Shown here in pieces: positions 11,319 through 24,171 of a stretch of DNA of 64,000 nt; within the stretch, counting starts at the first letter, position 1, and the number at the start of each line of letters is the position of its first letter. The stretch comes from the human T2T-CHM13v2.0 reference genome, Homo sapiens, in the NCBI RefSeq assembly GCF_009914755.1, contig NC_060937.1; one strand, given 5' to 3'. Under the pieces are notes generated by a model, which saw only the letters and a program-made list of their open reading frames with translations, had not been told where the DNA came from and ran no database searches. The translations under genes and the position numbers were made by a program.

Positions 11319-13659
11319 TGTATTAGTCTGTTCTCACACTGCTATAAAGACATACCTGAGACTGGTTAATTTAAAGACAAGAGATTTAATTGACTCGCAG
11401 ACTCATAGTTCTGCACAGCTGGGGATACCTCAGGAAACTTACAATCATGGCAGAAGGTGAAAGGGAAGCAGGCACATCTTTCCATGGTCAAATAAGGGTG
11501 AGGGGTGCTACACACTTTCAAACAATCAATCTCATAAGAACTCTATCATGAGAATAGCAAGGGAGAAGTCTTCCCCTATGATTCAGTCACCTCCCACCTG
11601 GCCCCTCTTTCAACACTGAAGATTATAATTCAAAAAGAGATTTGTGTGGGAACACAGAGCCAAACCATATCATTCTGCCCCATCCCCTCCCAGATCGCAT
11701 GTTTTTCTTATATCTCAAAACACACTCATGTTTTCCCAACAGTCCCTCAAAGTCTTAACTCATTTCTGCATTAACTCAAAAGTTCACAATCCAAAGTCTC
11801 ATCTTGAACAACACAAGGCCCTTCTGCCTAAAAGCCTGTAAAATAAAAAAAAAAAAGTTAGTTACTTTCAAGTTACAATGAGGGTATAGTCATTTGGTAT
11901 ATGCTTGTATTCCAAAAGGGAGACATTGGCCAAAATAAGGGGCTACAGGCCCCATGCAAGTACGAAATCCAGCAGGTCTGTCATTAAATTCTAAAGCTCC
12001 AACACATAATCTCGTTTGACTTGATATCTCACATTCAGGCCACACTGATGCAAGAGGTGTGCTTTCACAGCCTTGGGCAGCTTTGCCCCTATTACTCTTC
12101 AGGACTCATCTCTCATGGCTGCTCACAAGAACTGGCACTGAGTACCTGTGGTTTTTTCAGGTACATGGTGGAGCCTGTCAGTGGAGCTACCATTCTGGGG
12201 TCTTGAGGACAGTGGCTGTCTCCTCAAAGGCCCACTAGACAATACCTCAGTGGGGACTCTGTGTGGGGGCTCCAACCCCATATTTCCCCTTTACACTGCC
12301 CTAGCAGAGGTTCTCCATGCAGGCTCTGCCCCTGCAGCAGACTTCTGACTGGATATCCCTGCATTTCCATACATCCTCTGAAATCTAGGTGAAGTCTCCC
12401 AAGCCTCAACTCTTGCCCTCTGCACAACTGCAGGCTTAACACCATGGGGAAGCCATCAAGGCTTGGGGCTTGCACCCTCTGAAGTAATGGCTCAAGCTGT
12501 ATCTTGTCCCCTTTTAGGCATGGCTGGAGCTGAAGCAGCTGAGATGCCGGGCACCATGTCCCAAGGCAGCAAAGAACAGCAGGGCCCTGGGTCTGGTCCA
12601 CACAACCATTTTTCCCTCCTAGGCCTCTAGGACTGTGATGGGAGGGGATGCTGCAAAGGTCTCTGAAATGCCTTGGAAGCATTTTCTCCATTGTCTTGGA
12701 TATTAACATTTGGCTTCTCTTTATGCAAATTTCTGAAGTTGGCTTGAATTTCTCCTGATTTTTTTTTCTACCACATGGCAAGGCTGCAAATTTTCTAAAT
12801 TTTATGCTCTGTTTCTCTTTTAAAGGTAAGTACTATTTGCTTATGCAAATGAGTGTAGCTTTTAGAAGCAGCCAGCTCACATCCTGAATGTTTTGCTGCT
12901 TAGAAATTTCTTCCATCACGTATCTTAAATCATCTCTCTCAAGTTCAAAGTTCAACAGGTTTCTATAGCAGGGGAACATTGCCACAAGTCTTGTTGCTAG
13001 AGCATAGCAAAAGTGACCCCTTCTCCATTCCCCAGTAAGTTCCTCATTTCCATTTAAGACATCCTTGGCCTTCACTTCACTGTCCATATAGCTATCAACA
13101 TTTTGGTCACAATCATTCAACCAGTCTCTAGGAAGTTCCAGACTTTCCCTCATCTTCCTGTCTTCTTCTGAGCCCTCAAAACTATTTCACCTCTGGCCAT
13201 TATTCAGTTCCAAAGCTGCTTCCACATTTTCAGGTATCTTTACAGCAATACCCTTCTGCTCTGGTACCAATCTTCTGTATTGGTCTGTTCTTATACTGCT
13301 GTAAAGACATACCTGTGACTGGGTAATTCATAAAGATAAGAGGTTGAATCAGCTCCTGTTCTGTGGGCTGTTCAGACTTCTGCTTTTGGGGTGGCCTCAG
13401 GAAACTTACAATCATGGTCAAAGTTGAAGAGGAAGAAGGTACATCATCACATGACCTGAGAAGGGGAGACAGAGAGAGAGAAGGAGGAGGTGGTACACAA
13501 TTTCAAACAACCAGATCTTGTTAAAAACTCTATCATGAGAACAGCAAGGGGGAAATCCAATCCCGTGATTCAATTACCTCCCACGAAGACCCTCCTCCAA
13601 TTCTGAGAATGAAAACTTGACATGATATTTGGGTGGGATAACAGAGCAAAACCATATCA
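11319..13659 (-). mobile_element. Full-length MSTA-type MaLR: LTR 11319-11672, internal 11673-13275, LTR 13276-13659
   Basis: Both LTRs run 'tgtatt(a/g)gtctgttc...aaaccatatca'; MaLR internal sequence lies between them; 5-bp TSD GGCCC at 11314-11318 and 13660-13664. Confidence 0.92.
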
Positions 13660-14377
13660 GGCCCATTATAAATTTAAACAAGTAGTAGTATATATATATA
13701 CACACACACTTTTTGACATGTTTTAGTACTGTCATCTGAAATAACAAGCAGTGGCTTATAAAGTTTATATATTTTTATAAATAAAAGTTTTAACTGATAC
13801 ATTTTCATCCTGTCAACGAAAGATCCAAAGGCTTTAAATTTATTAGTGGAGAAAATTGGAGATTACTTATTCTGGTCAGATTTGTTACTAGGAAAATCAT
13901 CCTCCAGAAACACTGAGATATACTAGATAAAATAAAAACTTAACATACAGTAGGCTATACCATAGTCATGAATGTATAGGGATATTATTAATATCATTTC
14001 ACTAAATTGTTCTATGTAATAAATGTGACACCAAAATCTAAACAATGTTTGTAACAAACTGTCTAAAAAGTGTATATGAATAAAAAAGTCCTAATAGAAC
14101 CAAGATATTTAAAGAGTTGTTTAAAATCTATGGCTTTCACAGTAAGACATTTACATTAATTATAAAACTATAATAATTAAAGCCATGTGTCATTGGCACA
14201 GGAAGAAATGCAGAAATGTATCTATATATAATTGGAAATTGGTATATCAATTCTTAGGTATGCTCCAAGTAATTTTATGTCACAATACTAGTGTTATTGC
14301 AGTAATTAAATCATAATTATGTAAACTCAACATGTAATTTAACAGAAGTCTTCTTCCTCACACTCAGCACTGCTCCA

Positions 14378-14520
14378 CATTGAAAGCCTATAGTGAGAAA
14401 AAAATAAAAGGATATACTAGGCCATGTGCTTCTCCTTGTCTTCTCTTTGTCTAGGCCATTGAAAGCCTATAGTGAGAAAAATAGAAAGGATATACTAGGC
14501 TATGTGCTTCTCTTTGTCTT
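14378..14520. repeat. Local direct duplication of about 64 bp (14378-14442 and 14457-14520)
   Basis: 'cattgaaagcctatagtgagaaaaa..aaaggatatactaggc(c/t)atgtgcttctc(c/t)ttgtctt' occurs twice. Confidence 0.95.
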
Positions 14521-16967
14521 AACTACATAATCCCATTGTCTCTCTAGCCTAGGTTCAATATCATCCAACTAGGTAACAGTTGCAGGGAAGTAGGAAGTTT
14601 TATTGGTGAGTAGATTTGTAATCCCACAATGAAACCTTTTTGGATGTGTAGACTGACAACTGCTGACTTTTTGCTTTTGGTCACTTTTTGTGACTTGAGA
14701 ATTTTTGGATGATGCAGGTAGTCTGAATTTGAAACACAAATGCATTTGTAGGCTAGTCTATGGTAACATATTCCTAGCCAAGAATTTGTTCCCTTCACTC
14801 AGCACTAGTTTTCCAGGAGACAGAATCTCTTTATAAGCCATATTGCAAGATGAATTCATATCTAATTCATCCTAATATGATTGTGTAGACTTTTGTGATC
14901 CATGTTTCCATGTGAAAGTTTTTATTTGACACTGAACTTTGGGCGAGATCTAGAATTGACTCTTTCTTCCATAATTTCTAGTGGTCTTCAAAAGAGAAAC
15001 ATATTCTTTAGTGTAAAGCAAATGTTTCAAAGGTAAAATGAAGGTTAGAACTACGTGTCCCCTCAGCATTCACAATCACATTTTTATTTTTATTTTGGCT
15101 TCTGAGAATCTTTACTTTTGGGCTCTAAGAATTTTTATTTATCTATTTGCCAGGTGTTTTCTCTCTCTCTCTGTCTTTCACTTTTCTTCCATCCCTCCCT
15201 TCTTCTCTTTTCCTGTCTTCATCGCTACATCTGTCATCAACCTACTACATTTTAATTATATTTAGTGACGATGTTTGTGATAAAATTAACAGGGTGATTC
15301 TAAATGATATGGAATTCTTTTGCTCTGTTGCCATAATACATTTTGGAATCAATCTAGATTCTAACAATAGATTCAGATAATAATTCATATTTGAACTTAT
15401 TATTTATGAATATTCTAAAAGATATATGTGATAGGATAAATCAATGCTGGCTAAACACTATTTTAAATTCAACTCTTTTCTCTTTTTCTGTATAATTTCA
15501 TCCACTCTTGAAGTAAGAAAATAACATGTTCATTTTTCATTTTCAAGAAATTTGAGTAAAATTACATAGAGACAGATTTGAATAAGAGTACATGTTCAAT
15601 GTTTTGAGAAGTGCCACGTTTAAGTTAGCAAATGTTGGGAAAGGTAATTCTGAAAATCACAGTACTCTTATACACTTGGTTAGACTATTATAAAAGACTA
15701 GAACTCTCCTCCCACAAAATTATACTTCAGATTTTCTTTGTTCATGGCCTTAAAAACAACCGTGTAATCAGTGCCAGATTTTTCAAATCAGCCTATTTGT
15801 TACAAACTAGGCAAAGGGCAATTATTTATACTAGTAAATGGTTAAAAATGACTATTTCTATACTTAGTAATACTGATATCAAGTTCTACACCATCCCTAA
15901 ATTTTAGTAATGTAGCCAACCTATAAGACTATCCTTAATCCCATGATACGAAGAGGTCTTGGAGAATGAATAACAAGTTTGTTTGTGAAAATTAAAATAT
16001 GCTTCATTTGGTTTATTCAGGACAATAGGATGTGTGACAGATTAAATGATCTATATAGCCCCAAAACACTAAATTAGCTTGCAGCAATGTAGCCTGATTG
16101 CTCAGCATTGCTCAGATCCTTGACTCTGCTTTAAAGCTTAAAAACAAATTTCATTATCTACTCAATTATGGTGCAAACATTGCTGATCTGATGCCATGAT
16201 AAACTAAACCTTGTTCATTAATATCTCATGGCTTGTCAAACATCACATTATAGTGTATAAGCACAATGAATTTCATGTCAACTCATTGCTCTCTTCATAG
16301 AAGGATTAAGAATGTGGACTAACTATATGAAAAGATAGCATTGTTGTCACAGATTTGGTGTGTTTTCTTATTCTTATGCTTTTGGGTTAGAAAGTAGAGA
16401 ATGGTTAGATTTGGAGAATCAGAGAAAATGTCATCAACCAAGCTGCTTTGACTTTCTCCTGCTTTTGACTTTTTACCTCCCAACCTTTATCACGTAGGAC
16501 TGTTTTTAATAATTTTATGTTGTTATTAGATTAATATTTTAATTTTATATTTCAAGCAAATTAAAAGAAACTCAGAGTTATTCAATTGGAATGAAAAGGC
16601 AAATTAAATGAGAAATTGATCATTCTTTTCATGATAGCAGAAGAAAGCAAAACTATGAAGATGGTGATCTATGATATTATAAGGTTTTCCTCTCTCTTTT
16701 TCCTTTAGGTAAGAATCCAGGCACAAAGTTCATGACTCATTTATCATTTTTTCTTATATGTGGCTGTTAATTTACTCTGGTACTATATTAACAAATGATA
16801 GTATCTAATGTTTATTTGTATTCTAAAAGTTTAAGAATTGAAAATTTTGATTCAATATAAAAATGAAGGAGAGCTTTTGAAACAACAGGCCCAATCAATA
16901 GTATTAAGTACACCCTCCCCATATATAACAAGGTAAAAGTCTGTGAATCAAAACATGAGTGGGTTTA

Positions 16968-18162
16968 CACAGACTGAGAGAAAATCTTCACAATCTATAC
17001 ATCGGACAAAAAACAATATCCAGAATCTATAAAAAACTCAAACAAATCAGCAAGGAAAAAAAAAAAAAACAATTCCATCAAAAAGTGGGCTAAGGACATG
17101 AATAGACCATTCTCAAAAGAAGATATACAAATGGCCAACAAGCATATGGAAAAATGCTCAAATTCACTAATTATCAGGGAAATGCAAACCCAAACCACAA
17201 TGTGATACCACTTTATTCCTGCAAGAATGGCCATAATCAAAAAATCAAAAAACAATAGATGTTGGTGTGGATGCATTGAAATGGGAACACTTTTATACTG
17301 TTGGTGGGAATATAAACTAGGACAAACACTATGGAAAACAGTCTGGAGACTCCTTAAAGAACTAAAAGTAGACCTACAGTTTGATCCAGCAATCCCACTA
17401 CTAGGTCTCTACCCAGAGGAAAAGAAGTCATTATACATAAAAGATACTTCCACACACATATTTATAGCAATACAATTTGCAATTGCAAAAATATGGAACC
17501 AGCCCAAATGCCCATTAATCAACAAGTAGATAAGAAAATGTGATAGATAGATAGATAGATAGATAGAATGTGAATGCCATTATTTTGTTCCTTTTCATGG
17601 CTGAGTAGAGTGTGTGTATATACATATATATAAAATATATAATATTTTATATATAATGTATAATATATATTTTATAATAAAAATAAAATTATATATTTTA
17701 CAATAAATATATATTTATATAATAAATATAAAAATATAATAAATATATTGTATATATTATATATAAATATTATATAGATATACACTGAGTAGTGCATTTA
17801 TATCTATATCTATCTATATCTAAATCTATCTATCTAGCAACTTGGATGGAATTGGAGATTATTCTAAGTGAAGTAACTCAAGAATGGAAAACCAAACATT
17901 GCATGTTCTCACTCATATGTGGGAGCTAGGCTATGAGGATGCAAAAGAATAAGAATGATACATTGGAATTTGGGGGCTTGAGGGAAAGGGTAGGGAGTAG
18001 TATGGGATAAAACACTACACACTAAGTGCAATGTACACTGCTCGGGTGATGGGTGCACCAAAACCTCAGAAGTCCCCACTAAAGAACTTATTCATGTAAC
18101 CAAAAACCAACTGTTCCCCAAAAACCTATGAAAATAAATTAAAAAATTGAATAAAACAAAAC
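16968..18162 (+). mobile_element. L1PB1-like 5'-truncated L1 (ORF2 C-terminus and 3'UTR)
   Basis: ORF 17227-17529 resembles the L1 ORF2 C-terminus (CWW..KL.Q.LWKTVWR, FDPAIPLLG.YP); L1PB-type 3'UTR 'gctatgaggatgcaaa..aagaatgata'; 18-bp TSD aaaac(a/g)tgagtg(g/a)gttta at 16950-16967 and 18163-18180. Confidence 0.92.
17542..17836. repeat. (GATA)n, TA-rich low-complexity and (TATC)n tract inside the L1PB1
   Basis: Directly visible simple repeats. Confidence 0.9.
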
Positions 18163-18239
18163 AAAACGTGAGTGAGTTTAATTTTTAAAGCACCATGAAC
18201 ATCCTGCATATGGAAAGAGATTCCATTAGATGATTTCAA

Positions 18240-20268
18240 TTATATTAACTTTTTAAATTTGTTCCATGTCGCTCTTCTTTTATTTATGTGAATTAAATTT
18301 TCTGGCTGAATCATTTTCCTTCTACCTGAATAACTGTTTTAACTTTTTTTTTTCTTTTTTGCAGAGCAAATTTGCTAGTGATGAATTACCCCAGTTTTTG
18401 TTTATATGAGAAAGCATTTATTTCTCCTTTATATTTAAAAGAATATTATACTAGGTATAGTAGTGTAGCATGGCATTTTGTTTTGTTTTCCTTGAACATT
18501 AAATATTTTGTTCTACTTCCTTCTTGCTTCCATGGTATCTGAACACAAGTCTACTGTAATACATATTTTTGTTTCTTTATAAATTTGTACATTCTTTCTT
18601 TCCTCTGGCTTCTTTCAGTATTTTCTCTTCATCTTTAATTTTCTGCAGTTTGAACATGCAATTTCCAAATGTGGGGTGTTAAGGTGTTTATTCTGCTTGG
18701 TATTCTCTGAGATTCTTATATCTGGTTTGGTTAACTATTATTAATATTGTAAGGTTCTCAGTCATTATTACTTCAAATATTTGTTTCTTGTCTATTCTCT
18801 TTTTCTTCTTGTATTCCAATTACATATGTGTTATGGATTTAGATATTGTTCAACAATATCTATTGATATTATGTTATATTCTGAATATTCTGTTCTATTT
18901 TTTCGTATTTTTTTTCTTTTTGCATTTCAGTTATAATATTTCAATTGACTTATTTTCAGAGTCGATGATTCTTTCCTAGGTAGTGTCCAGTATACTGATC
19001 ACCCCATGAATGCTAATTTGTATTTCCATTGTAAGATTTTTTATTTCTAGAGTTTCATTTTAGTACTTTCATACCTTATTCCTCTTTCTGAGTACATTCC
19101 CCATCTCTTCTTGCATGATATCTGCTTTTCACATCCATCACATTTATTTTAAATTTTTTGTCTAACATGACTAATAGCTATGCCTTTTGACCTGCCTTGC
19201 AATTTTTTTGTTGAAACCTAGATATGTCATATCAGGTAATAGAAACTGAGATAAAGAGACTTCCAGTGTGAGGACTTATGTTAATCTAAGTAGGAATGGA
19301 GCTGTTTTTGATGTTTGTTGTTGCTACAGGTATCAGATGCTACAATTCTTTCAGTGCCTTTGTTTTTGTCTTTCCTCTTGTTTGGGGGCTTTCCTGAGTA
19401 ATTCTTCTTAGAGAGAGTCCACACTTTGCAAGACTTTCAGCTCTAATTCACTTTTATTGTAATGGAGCCCTACTGATGCGACAGTAGCATGTGCAGAAGG
19501 AGGATTATTCCATAATCTTCTGAATACATTTAATCCTTTGGCCAATCTATATCTTAAGACTATGGCTTTGGGAAGTGCTTTTATTCAGTGGTAAAGCACT
19601 TTCTTTTTCTTTTTCCCCCACTGCTTCTTAGTTTGACTTCAGTTTCCAAATATATTTTCTTGAACTCCTGTTCCAAACTGAATATATTCCCCCTTTCTCC
19701 TCCAAGTGAGACAGAAAAGCTGAGGAACTGGAGACAAAAGATATTTCTTTCACAGTTGTGTTCTGGTGAAGTCATTTCCCCGGAGAATAACACTTCATTA
19801 TAGAGACAACTCTTTGAATGTTTCACAATGATACTCTTCTCTTCCTTTTTCCAGAGTGACAAAGGGATCTTTCTGGGCCCTTCACCATTAAAACCTGGTG
19901 GAGATTCTGGGGGTAAAGCTCATGAAAGTATGCAAACCCTCTAAGATTAAGCTTTCAGGAGTTTCTCACTCTCAACTCAGTGTACACCCAAACTTTTGTA
20001 GGTTGAAACTCAAACTCCATAAAATTTGTGAAATTATAATATAAATGCTTCTACCGTTTTATGGCTTTAGTGACTTTTGCTACAGAGCTCCTGTTTATCT
20101 CCAGATGTGCTTGTCTCTTCAAACTTGGGGATGATGGTTTACTCTGTGACTTCAGTTCTGTCGTGGACCAGAAAAGTCATTGATTTTTCACATTGTCTAT
20201 TTTTTCTTGTTGTAAGGACAAGAGTGATTGCTTCCAAACTTCTTACATGTCAGAAGTGAAACAGAAAC
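18240..20268 (-). mobile_element. Old L1 (L1MC/L1MD-type) 5'UTR and ORF1 region, antisense
   Basis: The reverse complement at 20268 reads 'cttctgacatgtaagaagtttggaagcaatcactcttgtccttacaacaagaaaaa', the L1MC/MD 5' end; T-rich antisense ORF1 at 18350-19150. Confidence 0.7.
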
Positions 20269-20954
20269 ATTGTTTTGTCTACTGTGATTACTAAACAAAA
20301 CAAAAAACAGGAGCAGATAATTTGAATGCATTTGCTGCTAAATAAAAGCATGTATTTATCTTCTTGTGTCCTTACTCTCACTTGATTTTACAGATACTTT
20401 ATAGATAAAATTAAGATAAATTTTATTGTTAAAATACATAGATCTGAATATTACAGGGAAAGTCTGAGTAGACCAGCACAGCTGCAACCCATACTTTTGT
20501 TTATATTAATTTTATGTGGAACAAACCAATTTTTATTACATTTTGAAACCCCAGAATAGCACTATGTTTATCAACTACAGCAACTGATTGACTCATTGGA
20601 GATTACTATACATATATATATATATATATTTCTATGGAAACTAGTACCTAGGAAGTAAAGAAAATTAGCTAAAATATGCCTGTATTGTTCTGCTATTGAA
20701 GTAGAAATTTGAGTTGGAATAAATATGTTAAAAATGTGCCCTGATGAAGAATTATTTTAAAAAGATAGAATAAAAGTAAAGAGTGGTTTTTGGGAAATGA
20801 CAAAAATTAATAAAAATATATTACCAACTGTAATTATTTCCAGATTATTATGACAGAAAAATATATGAACCACTGCACCCGGCCATACCATTCTATATTT
20901 TTTTAAAAATCCATGTAAGATAATTAGTGATATTTTTCCAAAGTTTTAAAAAAT

Positions 20955-22012
20955 CTTTATTATTTATTTTTTCTGAATTTTGGGGGGACATACTAGGTAT
21001 AAATATTTATGGGGTACATGAAATATTTTGATTCAGGCAAACAATGTGAAATAAGCACATCATGGAGAATGGAATATGCATCCCCCCCAGCAATTATCCA
21101 TTGAGTTGCAAACAACTCTATTACACTCTTTATTTTAAAATGTACAGTTAAATTATTATTGAATATAGTCACTCTGTTGTGCTATCAAATAGTAGGTCTT
21201 GTTTATTCATTTTTTTTTTTCGGTATCCATTAAACCTCCCCACCTTCCCACAACTCCCCATTACACTTTCCAGCCTCTAGTAACCACCCTTCTACTCTCT
21301 ATGTCCATGAATTCAGTCGTTCTGATTTTTAGATCCCACAAATAAGTGAGAACATGCAGTATTTGTCTTTCTGTGCCTGGTTTATTTCACTTAAGCTAAT
21401 GATCTCCAGTTCCACCCATGTTGGTGCCAATGAGTGAATCTCATTCTTTCTTATGGCTGAATAGTACACCATTGTGTATCTGTACCACATTGTCTTTATC
21501 CAGACATCTGTTGATGGACACTGATGTTGCTTCCAAATCTTGGCGATTTTGAATGGTGCTGCAACAAACATGGTAGTTCAGATACCTCTTTGATATACTG
21601 ATTTCCTTTATTTGGATATATACCAAGGGGTGGGATTGATGGATCATATGGTAGCTCAATTTTTAGTTATTTGAGAAACCACCATACTGTTCTTCATAGT
21701 GGCTTTACTAATTAATTTACATTCCCACCAACAGCTTACAAGTGTTCTCAATTTTCCACATCCTCACCAGCATTTGTTATTGCCTGTCTTTTGAATAGAA
21801 GCTGTTTCAGCTGGTGTGAGATGATATCTCATTGTAGTTTTGATTTGCATTTCTTTTATGATCAGTAACATTAAGGACCTTTTCATATGCTTGTTTTCCA
21901 TTTGTATGTCTTCTTTTGAGAAATGTCTATTTTAATATTTTACTCATCTTTTGATTGCATCATTAAATTTTTTCCTATAGAGTTTTCTGAGATCTTTATA
22001 TATTTGGTTATT
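20955..22012 (-). mobile_element. L1MA1/2-like 3' fragment
   Basis: 'tatttatggggtacatga..ttttgat.caggca..caatgtgaaataagcacatcatggagaatgg'; ORF 21329-21571 resembles the L1 ORF2 C-terminus. Confidence 0.88.
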
Positions 22013-22522
22013 AAGCAATAATTAATGGTACTTTTACAATATTATTGTCCTTATAAAAAATAAATTTGTTAGGCTTTTATATACAAATTTTCCATGCTTA
22101 AACTAGATACAAACTTTGTAGACCCAAGTGAAAAGAATCTGATTGTATAAGTACTAATAATTATAAACAAAACTCACAAAATTTCTGACTTCACAGAACA
22201 AACAGAACTTTTAAATTTTAATTATTTTCATCTACTATTGTTTGTATCTTAAATCAATTTCTCTCTTCTTTCTTTACAGAAGCTTAAAGTATATAGTGTT
22301 ATCTAAATATTTCGCACAATTACCCAGATGTAGACTAACCCAATCAGACAAATCATCTTTTTACTTTAGGGGCATGTTAATTGAAAAGGCGTTAATAATT
22401 AAGCTAGATAATCCAAAGAAACTTTTGCTTGAAATGCTGCTTCAAATATGCTTTTCAAGGTCATGGTGAAATATCTGAGTATCTCATGGTGTTCACTTCT
22501 ATCTTGAGACCATAAAACTTGC

Positions 22523-22940
22523 TGCTGTGATTTGAGCATTTGTTTTCCAAATGTCAAGTTGAAATTTGATCCTCAGTGTTGTGGTGTAGGAAGGTGGGGC
22601 TGAGCAGGTGGAGTCTGGCTCATAGGGAATAATCCCTTGGTGTCATCCTCACAGTAATGAGAGAGTTTTCACTATTAGTTCCCAGGATAACTGACTGTTA
22701 AAAAGAGCCTGGCTACCTCCCACCCATCTCCCTCTTGCTTCCTCTCTTGCTATGTGATCTCTGCACATGTCACCTCTCCTTCATGTTCTACCATGAGTGG
22801 AAATGGCCTTAGGTCCCCACCGGAAGCAGATGCTGGTGCCCTGCTGCATGTACAGCTTACAGAACTGTGAGCCAAATAAACCTCTTTTTTAAATGAATTA
22901 CCCAGCCTTGGGTATTCTTTTATAGCAACACAAAATATTA
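22523..22940 (+). mobile_element. MSTB/MSTB1 solo LTR
   Basis: 'aaaagagcctggc', 'gaagcagatgctggtgcc', 'agaactgtgagccaaataaacctc..aattacccagccttgggtattctttatagcaacacaaa'. Confidence 0.88.
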
Positions 22941-23849
22941 AAGTATTAAAATTATCTTTAACTCATTATTAATAGAGGAATGGATTAGGTGTTTACAGCA
23001 TATTTAAAGGAGAATGCAAAGAGCAAACACATTTATATATCAAGTATATTAAAATAAATTACAAATGCCTGCCACACTGGCTTTTTTCTAAGTTTGGGAG
23101 ATGGAAAGTAAGTCTCTTTACAGGATAAAAATGTTTGCATATGACTTGCCATTGTTTTCTTCAGTATAACTTGCTTTAAAATATCCCAAAGTCAATGAAA
23201 GGATAGAAATGGCTAAGCCAGGAGGGTATTCTTGCTCCAAACAATGATCAGTTTTCCACTGAGACATTGTACATGGAAATAAAAATTATTTTAACAATTT
23301 ATAAAGGTATAAGGGACCATTTTCCCTTTGTTCTTCATTTTTTTGTAGTGTTTCCTTGGAGACAGTGAATCTGACTCTAACATTTGACGTGAAGATAAAT
23401 CTCTTTAGGAATTATTCCCAGGCCCTGGTTTTTACAAAGTTGATTTATTGCCAAGTTTGCAGGTCAAATAATCTCTGAATATATAAACATGTTCTACCAG
23501 AATTAGCTCAGATGTCTCTTAGTACAAAAGACTATCAGGAGGTGCAGACTGTCTGTATCTTGAAGAGATAAGAGAAGTTTTCATTGTTCTTTATTCTGCT
23601 TTACTACTTAAATTTGTGTGATACTCTATACATTTTTGTATTTGCTTTCATGCTCTCATACATGAATGTAAATCAGTTAACCTTTATTCAGTAATAAATT
23701 GTTTTTCTGTCTCTTTTCTATGCTGCTATAGAGGGGTTCTTTGTTGGCAGGTGCGTTTTATTTTCCTGATAAAACTCAGTAATCATTTTTGCATACTTTA
23801 CACTTTCTTATATTTCTCAGTTGACACATATGCTCTAGGTATTATCATT

Positions 23850-24171
23850 ATTTTTATTTTTTCAATTTTTATTTATTCATTTATTTTGTGACAGGATCTC
23901 ACTCTGTCACCCTGGCTGGAGTGCAGTGGTGTGATCATGATTCACTGCGACCTCCATCTGCTGGGCTTAAGTGATCCTCCCTCCACAACCTCCCCAGCAG
24001 CTAGGACTACAGTTGTGCATTATCACACCCAGCTAATTTGTGTTTAATAATTTGTAGAGATGGAGTCTCCCTATGTTGCCCAGACTGGTCTAGAACTCTG
24101 GGCTCAAGGGATCCTCCCTCTTAGGCCTTCCAAAGTGCTGGGATTACAGGTGTGAGCCACTCCACCTGGGT
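23850..24171 (-). mobile_element. AluJ
   Basis: Antisense Alu with J-type 'ctatgttgcccagactggtct', 'gggctcaagggatcctccc'. Confidence 0.9.

Noticed and set aside
9766-13153. 170-185 aa ORFs (9885-10397, 12224-12781 and others; similar ones at 45411-46465)
   Set aside because: Fragments of MaLR internal sequence that recur in all three elements with different frameshifts; not host genes.
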